A stretch of 63,955 bases of DNA, counting the filler, from Stramenopiles sp. TOSAG23-6 (Eukaryota), in NCBI GenBank assembly GCA_900128565.1. It is 7 parts of 7 records of this genome, joined end to end, with 100 filler letters (N's around TTAATTAATTAA, not from the genome) between each part and the next. Parts side by side here need not be neighbours in the genome. Positions count along the whole stretch, not along the records: positions 1 to 10,349 come from LT636317.1; positions 10,450 to 20,795 come from LT636318.1; 5 more parts are not named here. One strand, 5' to 3'. The position numbers and the translations under genes were made by a program. Below are positions 1-13,117 of this stretch, piece after piece. A model generated the notes under the pieces. It was given only the letters and a program-made list of their open reading frames with translations, made no database searches and was not told where the DNA came from. The stretch's first letter is position 1. Each line of letters opens with the position of its first letter.

Positions 1-63
1 TTAGGTACAAAATTTCGTACGAAAAATAAATTCGATTTTTTTGTAAAAAAAAAAATAAAACAT

Positions 64-1128
64 ACGTTGAATCGGCTTTATTAGCTAATTCAATAGCTTT
101 CTCTTGTAAAAAGTGTAAAAAATCCTGCACGAAGTTTAGTTGTGTTGGATAGTTAGGTTTATTCACACAAGGGAAAGACACACAAAACTGTCTTCCAAGA
201 TGACCGCGGGCAGATATTGATCCAGCACGATGCATGTATTTTGTAAAAATATTTCAAAAAAAATCTAAAAAATTTTGTTAGGTACAAAATTTCGTACGAA
301 AAAAAAAAAAAAATTTGAAAAAAAATAAAACATACATTGCTTCTAATAAGTACGGTCGAAGTTTTCTTTTTTCATGATGTATAGTAGAGTCCTTTTTCTT
401 TTTTACATTTGCATCATATTGCTTTATAGTTTCAGGTTTTTCAGGTTTTTCAGGTTTTTCAGATTCTTTATGTTCATTAGGGTTAGGGTCTTTATGTTCA
501 TATCCATCCGATCCAAACATAATATCAAATGCAATCATAGTGAATTCACAACTGATGCTCTCTCGACTTTCAGCATTTGCTTTTTTTGTTGCATCATGAA
601 GTAAAGCAGCAGTTACACTATATACAAGTGTTTCAATTTTTTGCCACATCATCTTCCAAGGTTCGCCTGTATACTCCTCAACTGCTTCCTTGACAATTTT
701 TGGAAGTGAAAATGTTGAGTGCCTTCCACTTGTCTTAAAGACGTTCTTATCCAATTTTTTTGATACTTTATGTTTTTCTTTTGCAATCTTAACTTGAAAA
801 TAATCTTGATACAAATGCAACTTCAACTTTGGTGAAACAGATTCTATAACTGCATGAACACGGATTTCGAATTTTCTTTGCTGTATAAGTAAACAGTCAC
901 TTACATATCTTGATACAATAGAGTGACTTCTCATCATATTTTGAAGTGTCATTGAAGGTAGCATGTATTTTGGAAAAATATTTCAAAAAATTTCTAAAAA
1001 GTTTGTTAGGTACAAAATTTTTATAAAAAAAAAAATCGATTTTTTTGTTAAAAAAAAAATTAAAACATACAACCAATGAAATTCTTTTGTTCCAGCACTA
1101 TGTCCTGAAACACCAGTTCTATGTAACC

Positions 1129-1163
<35 letters not shown>

Positions 1164-2284
1164 GTAGTAGTAGTACTATTTGAAATACGAACAAATTCTT
1201 CCAACTCTGTAGAATTATTAATATCAAAACTTTGGGGTGTCCATTGAAGTGCTGAATCTCCATGTATTTTGTAAAAATATTTCAAAAAAAAAAACTTAAA
1301 AAAAAAATTTGTTAGGTACAAAATTTCGTACGAAAAAATAATTCGATTTTTTTGTGAAAAAAAAAAAATAAAACATCCATATTCTTTCAGAGCTCGATGT
1401 AACAGAACTTTATCATCAATATTTCTTCCCAACCAGTCGCAAGAACTTCCACCACTATCAAACCAAAGATATACAAATATCTCAAGAGCTCGTACTGGAT
1501 CTTTAGCATATTGGGTTTCTTTTTCGATATTCTTCAGTTCCTCATAGGCAGCCATATTTTCTTTAGATGATGAACCAGACATCATTTGAAACTTAATGCG
1601 ACCTAAGCGTAGAGTATGACGAGAGTACCATGGCTTACCTTTTTTTGGCTCTTGAGGTAACTGAACTGAAAATGAATTATCAATACCATCAATATCTGAT
1701 ATTGTTTCAAATATGTTTAAAACTGATGTTTTGTCTGTGAAATAATTTGGTCGACCTCGGAACAAAAGTGTTTCTAATAGTAAGCGAGGCATTGCAAGAG
1801 AGCTTTTGGGTAAATATTTTGAATCGTTCTTTGAACGTGGATCAAGTGATAAAGCAGTTTTTGTGATAGAAAGTGCTTCATCAGGTCGGCTTTGATCAAT
1901 TAAGTTAAAGCCTAGACGAACAGCTACAAATCGGGATACCTCATTCATTCGTTTATCTGCTATATTGCCTTTTCTAACCGTCTCAACTGTATCAAAAAGA
2001 GTTCTTAACTCGTTTTCTGAGTCTTGTAGCAAACCTAAATTTTTCAGTTTCTCTGCATTATCAAGGGAATTTTGTACATATTCTGTGTATGAACTAAAAC
2101 TAAAAGTACATTCTTGAGAGTTATTATTACAGAACTCTTCAATATACTTTTCAAAAGGCTTTGTTTTCGCTATACATTGGTCTGTACCTATATCACTAGA
2201 ACAAAACGTCTCAGAGTGAATACTCCGAACTAACGAAAAGTCATTAAGTATGATATAAAATAAGAAAATGAAAAAATATTTCAT
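64..2284 (-). CDS. Tubulin-tyrosine-ligase (ATP-grasp)-like protein with hydrophobic N-terminus and a TPR-like segment; multi-exon, 3' part runs off the window
   Basis: RKFEIRVHAVI, LHLYQD, FTMIAFDIMF and RPYLLE resemble TTL/TTLL motifs. Introns at ~963-1070, 1262-1378 and ~234-336. Confidence 0.55.
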
Positions 2285-3485
2285 GGATACTTTTTAGAGA
2301 ATTATTTATAGGTAACCTGCGTCCGAACAAGGTTTACCTTCTGGAACCAAGATGTCCGAATTCGAATTTGAATTCCGATCAAAAATTATTATTGGCCGAA
2401 GGAATGTTACCGGGTAACATATTCATTCAAGTCAGTGAACACGAGTCAAAAAGAGTAAAAAAACACGAGGTTTCTTTTTGTTCTTACTTTGCGCAGAGAG
2501 AAAAAGAAAGAGGTAATGAATTCCGGAGACACACTATAATCTATATACGCATATTATGTGTGTATATAGATTATAGCGTCTTTTACAAATACATTTTTGT
2601 TTTTACTATTCAACTTGTTTTACTTTCTACCCTTTACAACTTGCTTCGAAAATATTGCCAACTTTGAGCTTCACCTCGATGTTGGCTTGTCACGATAGCT
2701 AGAATAATTGTGGGTTATCGACCATATTGTCGCTGCTTTTCTGACTTATGGCTTTCGTTGGGCATTCCCCTTTCGGAAGTTACCGGTCTGTGAATATTTC
2801 ATATTGTAATCCTTTTAAAGGGACCTTTACAGGTTATGTTTTTCTGTATGTTTTTTCTCTATTTTTTTTGTGTTTTGTTGTAGCTTGCAATGAAGAACTT
2901 ATCTAGGTGGGAATCTCGATGTAGCGCGGTTTTTATGTATACGGTGGAGACATTGATATACAAAATTCCGTGCAATGAAAACAAACTAGACCCTGAGCTC
3001 TGCTACTTGTACCATTTTATATTTACTATATTTTTTATCTACCTTTTTTTATTTTCACTTTATACACACTCTCCTCTCCATCCCACAAGAATGCCCACCG
3101 AAGAACAATCGTGTGGTAGGTTCACTTTGAATATATGAAATATTTTGATATTGTTGGATCTTAATAAAGAACTATAACAATTATGGAATGTATTCAATAG
3201 AAAGTAATGTTTATTATATACGAAAGATTGGTTTTAATCAAACCATATTGATTTTTCAACGTGAATAAATCTATTATTGAAAAAATAAATAGAATGTATT
3301 GATAATTCTCTTATTTTGAACATTTGTTTCCAGATTTCGTGTAGTAGTACATGATCGATCATAAAAATTTAAATGTCAAAATGGTCTGCCGCTTGGCATT
3401 TTATTTTTTTACATTTCGACAAGGAATACCTTGTGATTTTCATTCCTTTTCGACTTTGGCTTTTATTATCGGTTATATAAAACTG

Positions 3486-6316
3486 ATGCATTCCAATGGA
3501 AACGATAACAGTAAACCAATTGCATCGTTGGAAATGGTAGATGCTGCAGGACTTGAAGTAGGGACGAGTAACGTGTCAGTAAAAACACAGGAGGCAGAAG
3601 GCAAGAGTAACATGACAGCCAAGGAAAAGACGACAACAAAAACCAAAGAAAAGAGCGATAAAAAATGGAATATGTGGAAAGTTATCCTTATGGTATTTTC
3701 GATATTAGCTGTTCTTGCATTTGTTGTATGTGCCATTCTTAGCTTTGCAGGTGTCTTTAATAAGAGTAAAGATGAGAGCGTCGAACATCTCGCCACCTAT
3801 ACCTTGACTGGCACAAATGTTCGTATCTCAATGACTGGAAGTGTTCTACGTATGGAGGTCCCACTGGAAGATTCAACAACGAATGATATTGTTGAGTATA
3901 TTGCAAGTCTAAACGAGGGAGATGTCTATGGATATCTCAAGACAAAAGATTTTGTTGCTTCTTGGTTGAAAGGAATTCAAGCTCATGGAATGCTCTTCAA
4001 TATTGATTCAATCGTTAATACACAAAGCAGTAAATTGGTCATGAAGAATGTCGTACCTGTAGGAAAGCTTGTCTACGAACCTGCTGACGATTCAAAGGTA
4101 ATATGTAACAAATTCAAACGTAAATGCAAAGCAATTCCTCTTCGAACAATTGACTTTGAATTAAACGGTTTAAAAACTGAAAAACTCATGAACAATGGTA
4201 TATCCCAAAATTTTCTTGTCCTCTCTGCTTATGTACCTACATTTCCAAAATATATTCTTTCTCGTGTATCTCATGGACATTTTACAGAGGCCATAAACAG
4301 TCACCATTCTCATTTTGTTAATCATCCAACTATCTCCAATGTCGATCAAGATACTAGTATATTTTCTACAAACCCTAACCCTATTGGACACACGGCAGTG
4401 ATTAAAGTTGGTCTCTTAGGTGTTCTAGTGGAAGCGATTGTTATAGGTGTAGAGTTCGCAAGTGAAGCCGGTGCTGAAGCCGGTGCTGCTGCTGCAGAGG
4501 TAGCTGTTTCAACAACGGAAGGAACGGCAGAAGTGAGTAGTGAATTACTTGCGCAAATTACTCAGGTAAGTGCTGATTCATCTGTTGATATGTATGTTTT
4601 ATTTTTTTTACACGAAATTTTGAAATTTTTTTCGTACGAAATTTTGTACCTAACAAAAAAAATTACAAAATTTTTTTTTTTTTTCACAATATAGGAGTGA
4701 ATTAATGAGTGAAGGATTTTCTGAAGCTGCTGAATCAGCATCTGAAGATCTTGGCGAAGCTGTCACAGAAGATGCAGATGAAACAGTCGATGCAGCAGCA
4801 GATGAATTAAAATCAGTTCCGCAAAATAGTGTCAATAAAATGCTACAAGTTTTGACAAAATCAAGATTTTTAAATAATCCATTTATGAGAAAACTATCCA
4901 CTAATTTACGAACGTTAATGAGAAAATGTTTTGTTAAAACAACTGCACAAACCGTAGCATCTGAGGTTGTCATTGGTGGTATTTTATCAGTCATAAAAAG
5001 TGCTTGTCCAGCTTGTCGTGGTAGTGATATTACATCTTTTATTGTCCAAGAGTTGAAATCAATTGCAAATGGCGTGACAAATGCTACACTAATGAAAAAT
5101 TTGGAAAATTGTGTGGCTCCTACCTCTGTAAAAACAGCAGCAAAAGCGCTTGGTGTTGTTGTTGGATTAGGTACAGCGATGTGCGATGATTTGGAGACTG
5201 TATCATGTTGTGGTGGTGGGGATTTAGATACAAGTAAATATTGTGGTCCATTGGCTGCAATGTTTGTTTTCATCATGAATTTATGAATTTATGAATTTAT
5301 TTTTTTTTTCATACGAAATTTTGTACCTAACAAAAAAAATATGAAATTTTTTTTTTTTTTTTTCAATTTTTTTTAACAATACAGTTTAGCCATACAAAGT
5401 CCTGATCCTGATGTACGTTTTCACAATTTCAAATTTAATTTTTTTTTATAGGAAATTTTGTACCTAACAATTTTTTTTATATTTTTTTCAAATATTTTTC
5501 CAAAATACAAAGTTCCTGGTGTTCATTATTTCCTCAATTTGGTAATAACAAATGGGTCGCTACTATTTATGATACTCCATCGGGATGTAGTGGTTATTCA
5601 TGTAGAAGTTATTTTGTTGGTAAACTTTCATCAGATGCATCTTGTAGTGGTGGTGTTGTGACATATCCTCAAGGTGAAACGTGTATTTTTTTTTTCAAAA
5701 TTTTTTTTTCAAATAATTTTTTTTCAAAATTTTTTTTTCAAAATTTTTTTTTCAAACATTTTTTTTTCAAATAATTTTTTTTTTCAAAATTTTTTTTTCA
5801 AACATTTTTTTTTCAAACTTTTTTTTTTCAATTTCAAATAGTATTATATTCAAATAGTAGTATATTCAAATATAGCATTGTTCATTTTGTTTTTTATGTT
5901 TGACTAATTTCAAAAAACTATATTTATCTCTTCACTTCACACAATATAGGGTCATTTAGTCAATTGTCAGATATGTCTGATATAATGAATGTTTTATTTT
6001 TTTTTTTTTTCCGGTAAAAAAAAATCGAATTTATTTTTTTTTTTTTGGTAAAAAAATTTTGTACCTAAAAAATTTTTTTAAATTTTTTTTGAAATATTTT
6101 TCCAAAANNNNNNNNNNNNNNNNNNNNNNNNNNNNNNNNNNNNNNNNNNNNNNNNNNNNNNNNNNNNNNNNNNNNNNNNNNNNNNNNNNNNNNNNNNNNN
6201 NNNNNNNNNNNNNNNNNNNNNNNNNNNNNNNNNNNNNNNNNNNNNNNNNNNNNNNNNNNNNNNNNNNNNNNNNNNNNNNNNNNNNNNNNNNNNNNNNNNN
6301 NNNNNNNTTTAAAAAA

Positions 6317-6351
<35 letters not shown>

Positions 6352-6548
6352 ATGAAAATTTGTACCTAACAAAAAAAAAAAAAAAAAAAATTTGAAATAT
6401 TTTTTTGAAAGTACATGGTGATAGAGGCTATTCCCCACAAGATTGTGAAAACTTTTGTAAAGATAGTGTCTTGGATCAAAATATGAATCAAAATCGATAC
6501 ACTGGAAGTTGTCCTACAAATTTTCCTCGTCCAAATCCTGGAAATTAA
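3486..6548 (+). CDS. Single-pass membrane protein with a Cys-rich C-terminal region, multi-exon, unknown function
   Basis: ORFs 3351-4694 and 4705-5286 join through intron 4592-4694 (GT..AG). Further small Cys-rich exons follow between family introns. N-terminal TM segment VILMVFSILAVLAFVVCAIL. Interrupted by an N gap. Confidence 0.5.
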
Positions 6549-6855
6549 TTTAATTTTTTTTTATAGTAAATTTTGTACGAAAAAAAAAAATTACTAAAAT
6601 ATATCCATGAAATTATAAAAAAAAAAAAAAACATTCAGACAATTTTTAATTGTACAAAGACAAATGTCAGATTTTCAATGAAACATAAATAAATTTGAAA
6701 TTCATAATGAAATGTTATTCTTATATTGGATAATATATGTATATTTCTATTTCTAGTGCTCACAAGATTTTTGAGAGGAATTAAAAATTTCATCATGAAT
6801 TTCAAATTTATTTTTTTTTATAGTAAATTTTGTACCTAACGATATTTTGTTTCGT

Positions 6856-7368
6856 TTACGCCTGAGCTTCACTTAGCTCTTTAACACTGACTTGTCCATC
6901 TTTATCCTTGTCAAGTTGCTCAATTGTAGCTTTTGCACAAGATTCATCAACATTAGCAGCCTTTTGAATTTCAGTAGCTGTTAATTGACCATCACCATCA
7001 GCATCCATTGTTGCCATTTGCACTTCTGGCTCTGTCATGCTTTCAATCTTGTCTTGAAGATTTTTGAACTCTTCCACATTCAAAAGTTGATCGTCATCTT
7101 TATCAGCTTTGACATTGTTTATAAGATTTTCAGCCTGTGAACCCTGTAAATTCAATAAGTCTGCTAATTCTTGTTTAGTCAGTTTCCCATCTTTATCTTT
7201 GTCACCTAGAAAAAGAGCCTGTGCTGCTTGAAAAGTTTCAAGTGTTATTTTCCCATCTTCAGTTTTTCCAGCAGCCTCCCACATTTCTTTGTTGAACTTC
7301 TCACCTACTATTTGTTTAATCTCATCTTCTGTAAATTCAGTTTGACCAAAGCTTCCTCCAGCACCCAT
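6856..7368 (-). CDS. EF-hand calcium-binding protein, probably N-myristoylated
   Basis: Several DxDxDG loops (DKDKDGKLT, DADGDGQLT, DKDKDGQVS) and an MGAGGS N-terminus. Confidence 0.85.
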   Translation of the reverse strand: MGAGGSFGQTEFTEDEIKQIVGEKFNKEMWEAAGKTEDGKITLETFQAAQALFLGDKDKDGKLTKQELADLLNLQGSQAENLINNVKADKDDDQLLNVEEFKNLQDKIESMTEPEVQMATMDADGDGQLTATEIQKAANVDESCAKATIEQLDKDKDGQVSVKELSEAQA

Positions 7369-7588
7369 TGTGTAAAAGAATTAGTTAAAATGAGGTAATG
7401 GTTTTCCTATATTGACAAACTAATTTCAGAAATTATTATTTGTTGAAATCCGAGACAGTACTTAGACGCGAGGAGAGCATCAAAACGAAAACGAAAACAT
7501 CAAATTTTTTGGGAGTTACATTTTTTCTTGACAAAAATTTTTTTTTTTTTCAATGAATTCAATTTATTTTATTGTAGAAAAAAAATTA

Positions 7589-8613
7589 TTATGATACAAA
7601 TGTTTTTGCTTTCCGGAAAGTATTTCCTACCACAACTTGCATATAATATTGTCCATTAAACATCGCAAGAAAAGCACAAAAACAACCTAATAAAGGATAT
7701 TGAGAGCAGCTTGTCGTACTTGGTCCATATCTTAGTTGTATTAATGTGATACACGCTACTGCCATAGAGTGCAAAAAAATATTTCAATTTTTTTTTTTTT
7801 TTTTTTGAGTACAAGATTTTTGTTAGGTACAAAATTTCGTACCAAAAAAAAAAAAATAAAAAATTAAATTGATAAATTGAGGTTAAAAAAAATGTACATG
7901 CAACCAGGGCTTCTTAGCCAAACATTAAGTCTTGCATTATGTCTTTTTTCAGTTAATTTGTCCATATATTGTAATTTTACCAAAGTTAGCCCATATTGTA
8001 AAAAAGATTTCAAAATGGTAGATTGGTTAGTTTGTTACAATATTTCGTATGAAAAAATAAATTTGAAATTCATGATGAAACCNTACATGAGATAGTCGAT
8101 TGCCCCTGGTAAACCGCATATAAAAAAGCTATATGTGTTTGATATTGGACCTGATTTACAAAAGAATCCTATACCACAGATAACGCCAACAAATAAAACA
8201 TGATGAAACCAATCAGCACTATCAGTGCTATATCGAATAAGGTGGTAAATATGTAACCCACTAATTATATAAAGCGGATGTTGAGAATATTCCCCTTGAC
8301 AGCTACTAATGGGATCAGAGAACGCTTTATAAACGTCAGGAAAAGAAAAGTACGTGACTGCAAAGTTTCCTGCTGAATGTAATGCAAACCAGCCAGCTCT
8401 TGAACCACGGAAAAATATAAAATCAAAAGCGGCCAATCCGATTAACCAAATCGACTGCCAATAGATATCATCAAAAAGTTCACGTTGAACATTTTCAGAA
8501 TCTCGAGGAATGATAATGTACCATACAATACAAACAATACAGAACGCTAGGAACACTTTCGGAGTACATGCTGGATGTGAACTATAAGACTGATATGCAG
8601 ATTTCGCTGGCAT
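7589..8613 (-). CDS. TLC (TRAM/LAG1/CLN8)-domain-like multi-pass membrane protein, 3 exons
   Basis: DWFHH motif; GLPGAIDYLM-LTLVK and WLRSPG restored by removing introns 7991-8086 (GT..GG) and ~7765-7897 (GT..AT). Confidence 0.65.
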
Positions 8614-8845
8614 TATGTGTACGTCTTGTCAATTTCAACTTGACACGGTAGCATATGGGCTATCAGTAATAAAAATAATAACCTTTTTTTTGATCTTCTT
8701 GAGGAGAGACACAGTTCATGGTTCATCCCAAAAAATCTTTTGAATGACACGTGTCATTTGAACCAAACTTGTGACATGTGCTGTTTTTGACTGAACTTTA
8801 GTTTTCGTCTTCTGTACGTAGCCTACGGCATAAAAACTGTACAAA

Positions 8846-9226
8846 ATGTTGTCATTATCAGTTCGTTTATGTTCTCAAAATATAGTCAACACAAGGTTGT
8901 GCACACCAAGCACAAAATTCCGCTTAGTATCGTGGTGTCAGCCCGCAGTAGAGTCTGTTGCTTCTAGGTTAGCTACACCAATAAAATATTTGACGCATGG
9001 CTTTCTCGCGGGTTCAGTTGGCGCAATAACTTATTCACAATTATCCACTTTTTTTGTAAATACTTTCCCTTTAGGTTCGATGATATGGGGGATTAAGCGA
9101 ACATATCAACCTAGTGTACTGCGAAGAAAGCGAAAACATGGTTTCTTGAAGCGTGCATCGACAGTAGCTGGACGAAGAGTTTTACAACGGCGGAGAATGA
9201 AAGGTCGTTCACGTGTCTCTGCATGA
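8846..9226 (+). CDS. MRPL34: Mitochondrial ribosomal protein bL34m with presequence
   Basis: C-terminal [38 protein letters not shown] is the L34 signature. Confidence 0.92.
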   Translation: MLSLSVRLCSQNIVNTRLCTPSTKFRLVSWCQPAVESVASRLATPIKYLTHGFLAGSVGAITYSQLSTFFVNTFPLGSMIWGIKRTYQPSVLRRKRKHGFLKRASTVAGRRVLQRRRMKGRSRVSA

Positions 9227-9623
9227 CGATGTATCAAAGTAGATGATTGAAAATATGTATAATGGTATATTATAAACACATTGGATTACAATGTTTATTT
9301 TGTAGTTTCAATTTTTCATTGTGAATATTTCAGTTTTTCAATCTAATAAAGTAAATTAAATTTAAAAGTCTTTGTCTATCGTTTTTTTAATGAATCCTTT
9401 TAAACCCTTATAGTAAGTTAGTAACAGGGAATAGTTAGGGTTAGTAGTAGTAGTACTTACTATGAGATCTTGTAGCATTATATAATCTTTTATCTCTGTT
9501 AATGAAGAGCCAACCACAAGTGTACTAGTAGAACATTGAACAATTCCAAAATACAATTGAATTGAAATAAAAAAATTTGGAGAAAAAAAATATATTGTTT
9601 TCATGTATTAGTAGGGTTAGGGT

Positions 9624-10296
9624 TCATTTATTCTTTTTTTCATCATTCTCAAACATTTCATCATCAACTTTTGTTAACCTCAATTTTTCAGTATGCATTG
9701 ATAAATATTCACTAGTTGCAATACGTACAAAATGATACGACATCCACTGAAATAGTTTAGTCTGTATTGAGCGATTCTCCCAATCTTCATATAGTATGAA
9801 AAAATATTTGAAAAAAAAATTTTGAAAAAAATTCGTTAGGTACAAAATTTCGTACGAAAAATTAACTAAATTTTTTTTAAAAAAAATAAAACATACATAC
9901 GTCATTTCTTTACAATCATTTAAATTTTGCATAAAAATATCTTCTAATGCACTTGCGACATCTCGATCAACAATAGCACATGTTAATTCTAGATTTCGTG
10001 TATGTGACCATCGGTCCCAATTATAACTGCCAACAATTGAAAATAATCCATCCACAGTAATCGTCTTGGCATGTATTGTGAAAAACAAAAAAAACAAAAA
10101 AAAATTCGTTAGGTACAAAAGTTCGTATGAAAAAAAATTTAAAAAAAATTTGAAAAAAAAAAATTGAAAAAAAAAAAAAACGTACATGCAATGGTTGAGT
10201 AGCTTCTAATTCGAAAATACGAACACCTTTTTTTAGCAATAAACCATAAATATGTGCTGATGCAGCAACCATAATAGGCCGAAACAATGGAGATAC
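9624..10296 (-). CDS. Phospholipase D superfamily / bacterial-type cardiolipin-synthase-like protein, C-terminal part (5' cut by contig end)
   Basis: After splicing: LLKKGVRIFE...LHAKTITVDGLFSIVGSYNWDRWS...NLE (HKD motif) and EMTYEDWENRS. Confidence 0.85.
10071..10185 (-). other. Non-canonical intron GT..AT splitting the PLD catalytic HxK motif
   Basis: CAT|gtacgtttt...cacaatacat|GCC AAG gives L-H-A-K-T-I-T-V-D. No GT-AG register is possible. Confidence 0.85.
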
Positions 10297-10349
10297 ATGT
10301 ATTTTGGAAAAATATTTCAAAAAAAATCTAAAAAAAATTGTTAGGTACA

Positions 10350-10449
10350 NNNNNNNNNNNNNNNNNNNNNNNNNNNNNNNNNNNNNNNNNNNNTTAATTA
10401 ATTAANNNNNNNNNNNNNNNNNNNNNNNNNNNNNNNNNNNNNNNNNNNN
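10350..10449. other. Artificial contig linker N-TTAATTAATTAA-N (also ~20840, 31267, 41691, 52110, 62528)
   Basis: Six-frame stop linker embedded in Ns, spaced ~10.42-10.45 kb with decreasing intervals, as expected for size-sorted contigs. Confidence 0.95.
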
Positions 10450-10522
10450 CTAGGTGTTCAGCACATTGCGCCAATAATCTTTGTTTTCCTTCAAGAACTA
10501 ATTGAGATTGAATCGCCGAAAT

Positions 10523-11802
10523 ATGTATGACAGTAATTTTTCAGGAGACCGTCTAATGTGGCCTCTATTTATTGTCCTAATTTTTACTTTAGGTGTAGTA
10601 TTCCTCACATTTGTTGCTACCTCGCGCACATGGATATCGCTGAGCTTAGTGGCTCTAACTATGACGATAACAATTTTCCACCATATTGTAAGCTGTGTAT
10701 CATGCAACACGCCTGGATTTCATTTCCAAAAAAGTATTGGAAATGTATTACATATGCAAGTTCAGAAAACAATGTGTGATACTTCCTCTTCGACGAATAG
10801 TGACGTATTCCTCTTCCTACATGGCCTGCTTGCATCCGGGCGATTCTGGAAAAACACAGTCAAACATCTCCTTAAAAAATGTGAATCTTCGTGTGTCTGT
10901 CTCACACCTGATCTTCTCGGTTTTGGCAAATCTCCTTATCCAAGTTCTAAAGCACGATATACTTGTGATGCCATGGTTCAAAGCGTGTTGGCTAGACTAC
11001 GCTTATATAACACTTCTAGTGGCAACAATAAAGGAAATGTCAGACGTCTACACATTGTTGGTCATAGCTTAGGTGCAGTCATTGCTACGGAAATTGCAGC
11101 ATCACTTTCTAAAAAAGAGCTTTGTGGCTTCAAGCTAGTCTCTCTTACTTGTATTAGTATGCCATTTTTTTCATCAGAAGCTGAAGCAAGGAAGGAGATA
11201 CGACGATGTACCCCGGTTCAAAATTACTTTCTAGAATGGCCAATTTCAACATATATTCTCTGTAGCATTTTTTGTCAACAGAGATGGCTATGGAGGTTAC
11301 CTCTACGAGCTATTGTCTTTTTAACTGGCTCATTTATTCCAGCACTGAGTCTATCATCCGAAATAGTAGACGACTTCTTTCTGCACTCATGTATGTTTTA
11401 TTTTTTTTCAAATTCGAATTGTTTTTTTCGTACGAAATTTTGTACCTAACGATTTTTTTTCAAATATTTTTCAAAAATACATACTATTCAGCACGATATT
11501 GTATGGAACAATGTGTAGTTGGTCACACTCTTCATTATGCAGCACAAAAGTTAAAAAAACATAAGCTCGCAGTCTCTGTACTACATGGATCTATTGATGG
11601 TAGTGTCAATGTCTCACATGGTCGAGAATTTGCAGAACTTGTTGGAGGTGCATTTATTGAAGTCGATGGTATCGGACATCTTTGTGGTTCGGATAAAGGT
11701 GCTGGGCTAGAAGAATTGTGTGAAGTATTATTACTGCAAATGAGTCGCGGACATTCAGTCTGTACTAAAGAAACGTACATAAGTTGTATAAATACAAAAT
11801 AA
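10523..11802 (+). CDS. Alpha/beta hydrolase with N-terminal TM segments, 2 exons
   Basis: LFLHGLL, PDLLGFGKS, GHSLG nucleophile elbow, HGSIDG and GIGH. Intron 11391-11482 (GT..AT). Confidence 0.85.
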
Positions 11803-11903
11803 AACATTTTTGTTTTTAAATTAAATTGTTCTCATTTATTTATGAAATGAATTCAGTTTTTTCTTGGCTAAAAGAGAAGTATTAGATGTAAAAGATACAA
11901 TCT

Positions 11904-12797
11904 CTAAAAAGAAGTATTAGATGTAAAAGATATAATCTCTCCTGTTCTAGGATGGATAAAACGTAATAGTTTCGAATGAAGACACATACGCTGTGATAAA
12001 AAACAACTTTTTCTTTCTAGCTCTCTCAGCTCTATTTCATCATGTTTGCCTTTGTACGAGAAGTTCGCTTCCCCACCAAAACCATATGCTGTATCGCCAC
12101 ATATAGGATGACCAAGAGCTGCCATATGGACTCGCAACTGATGTGTTCGACCCGTAACAGGAAAAAGATTAACTCTTGTAGTATTCTTACCATATTCTAT
12201 TACCTCCCAATGAGTGATAGCTTCTTTAGGTCCGATGAATTTTCTAGTTCTCCTTCTTTTCTTTTCATCAAACTGTTGCTGAGGTGGTGGTATATCTAGA
12301 ACATTATTTGCAATACACATAAAAGGTGGTGCAGTAATATCACGCTTAATTGGTAGTTTGACACTACCCCTACTACCAATATATTCTCCTAATTTCCCCC
12401 ATATCACCGATTCATATTGTTTCTCTACTTTTTTGTTCCTGAATTGAGCATGCAAGTGGCGCATTGACCTTACATTCCTCGCAAATACAACAATACCACT
12501 CGTATCGGCATCAAGACGATGGATGACCATTTGACTTGCAGACAAAATTTCTTCGCAACCAAACTTCTCAAATACTACTTGGCCAAGCGAATTCGGATTG
12601 TATCGACCAGGAACCGATAACACTCCAGGTGGCTTATTGACAACAAGGATATCTTGGTCTTTAAAAACTAAAAGCTTTTCTAAACAACTTGGGGATATAA
12701 ATTTACCAAAAACTGTGTTGGATTTTGATGCACTACGAACCATTAGAGATTGGGGTAGAATGCTTCGATTGCGGATGAAAACAAATGAGGCAAACAT
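11904..12797 (-). CDS. RluA-family pseudouridine synthase, likely organelle-targeted
   Basis: VVNKPPG, HRLDADTSG, TGRTHQLRVH, GHPICGD, LHS motifs. Confidence 0.93.
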   Translation of the reverse strand: MFASFVFIRNRSILPQSLMVRSASKSNTVFGKFISPSCLEKLLVFKDQDILVVNKPPGVLSVPGRYNPNSLGQVVFEKFGCEEILSASQMVIHRLDADTSGIVVFARNVRSMRHLHAQFRNKKVEKQYESVIWGKLGEYIGSRGSVKLPIKRDITAPPFMCIANNVLDIPPPQQQFDEKKRRRTRKFIGPKEAITHWEVIEYGKNTTRVNLFPVTGRTHQLRVHMAALGHPICGDTAYGFGGEANFSYKGKHDEIELRELERKSCFLSQRMCLHSKLLRFIHPRTGEIISFTSNTSF

Positions 12798-13117
12798 TGA
12801 TTTTTTATGAGGTGTTGTTGGCTAATGAAAGAATTGTGGGTGTTTTTTAGTCACGAGGATTTATGGCATTGTAAACTAAACTCTTCTCGTCGTGATTGTG
12901 ATCATCGAAAATTATCCAAATTCGAAAATAGTAAAAATAACTGACTCTCCCGACAGTTACATCCACTTGTACGATATAGTAGTAGTTAGTAGTTATATCT
13001 ACGTAGTAGCTACTACCTCGCAATAGTTTTATTCTATCAACTCTTACGCTAGATAAACATCGCATATTTTACTATGCGTTTAACTACTAGCTGTTAATAT
13101 ACTATCGTAAATAAGAT

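Noticed and set aside
10071-11482. U12-type AT-AC introns (many copies can be slid to AT..AC)
   Set aside because: There is no RTATCCTT donor or TCCTTAAC branch consensus, and Rab7 (GDSGVGK) and ankyrin (TPLH) fix the GT..NN register.
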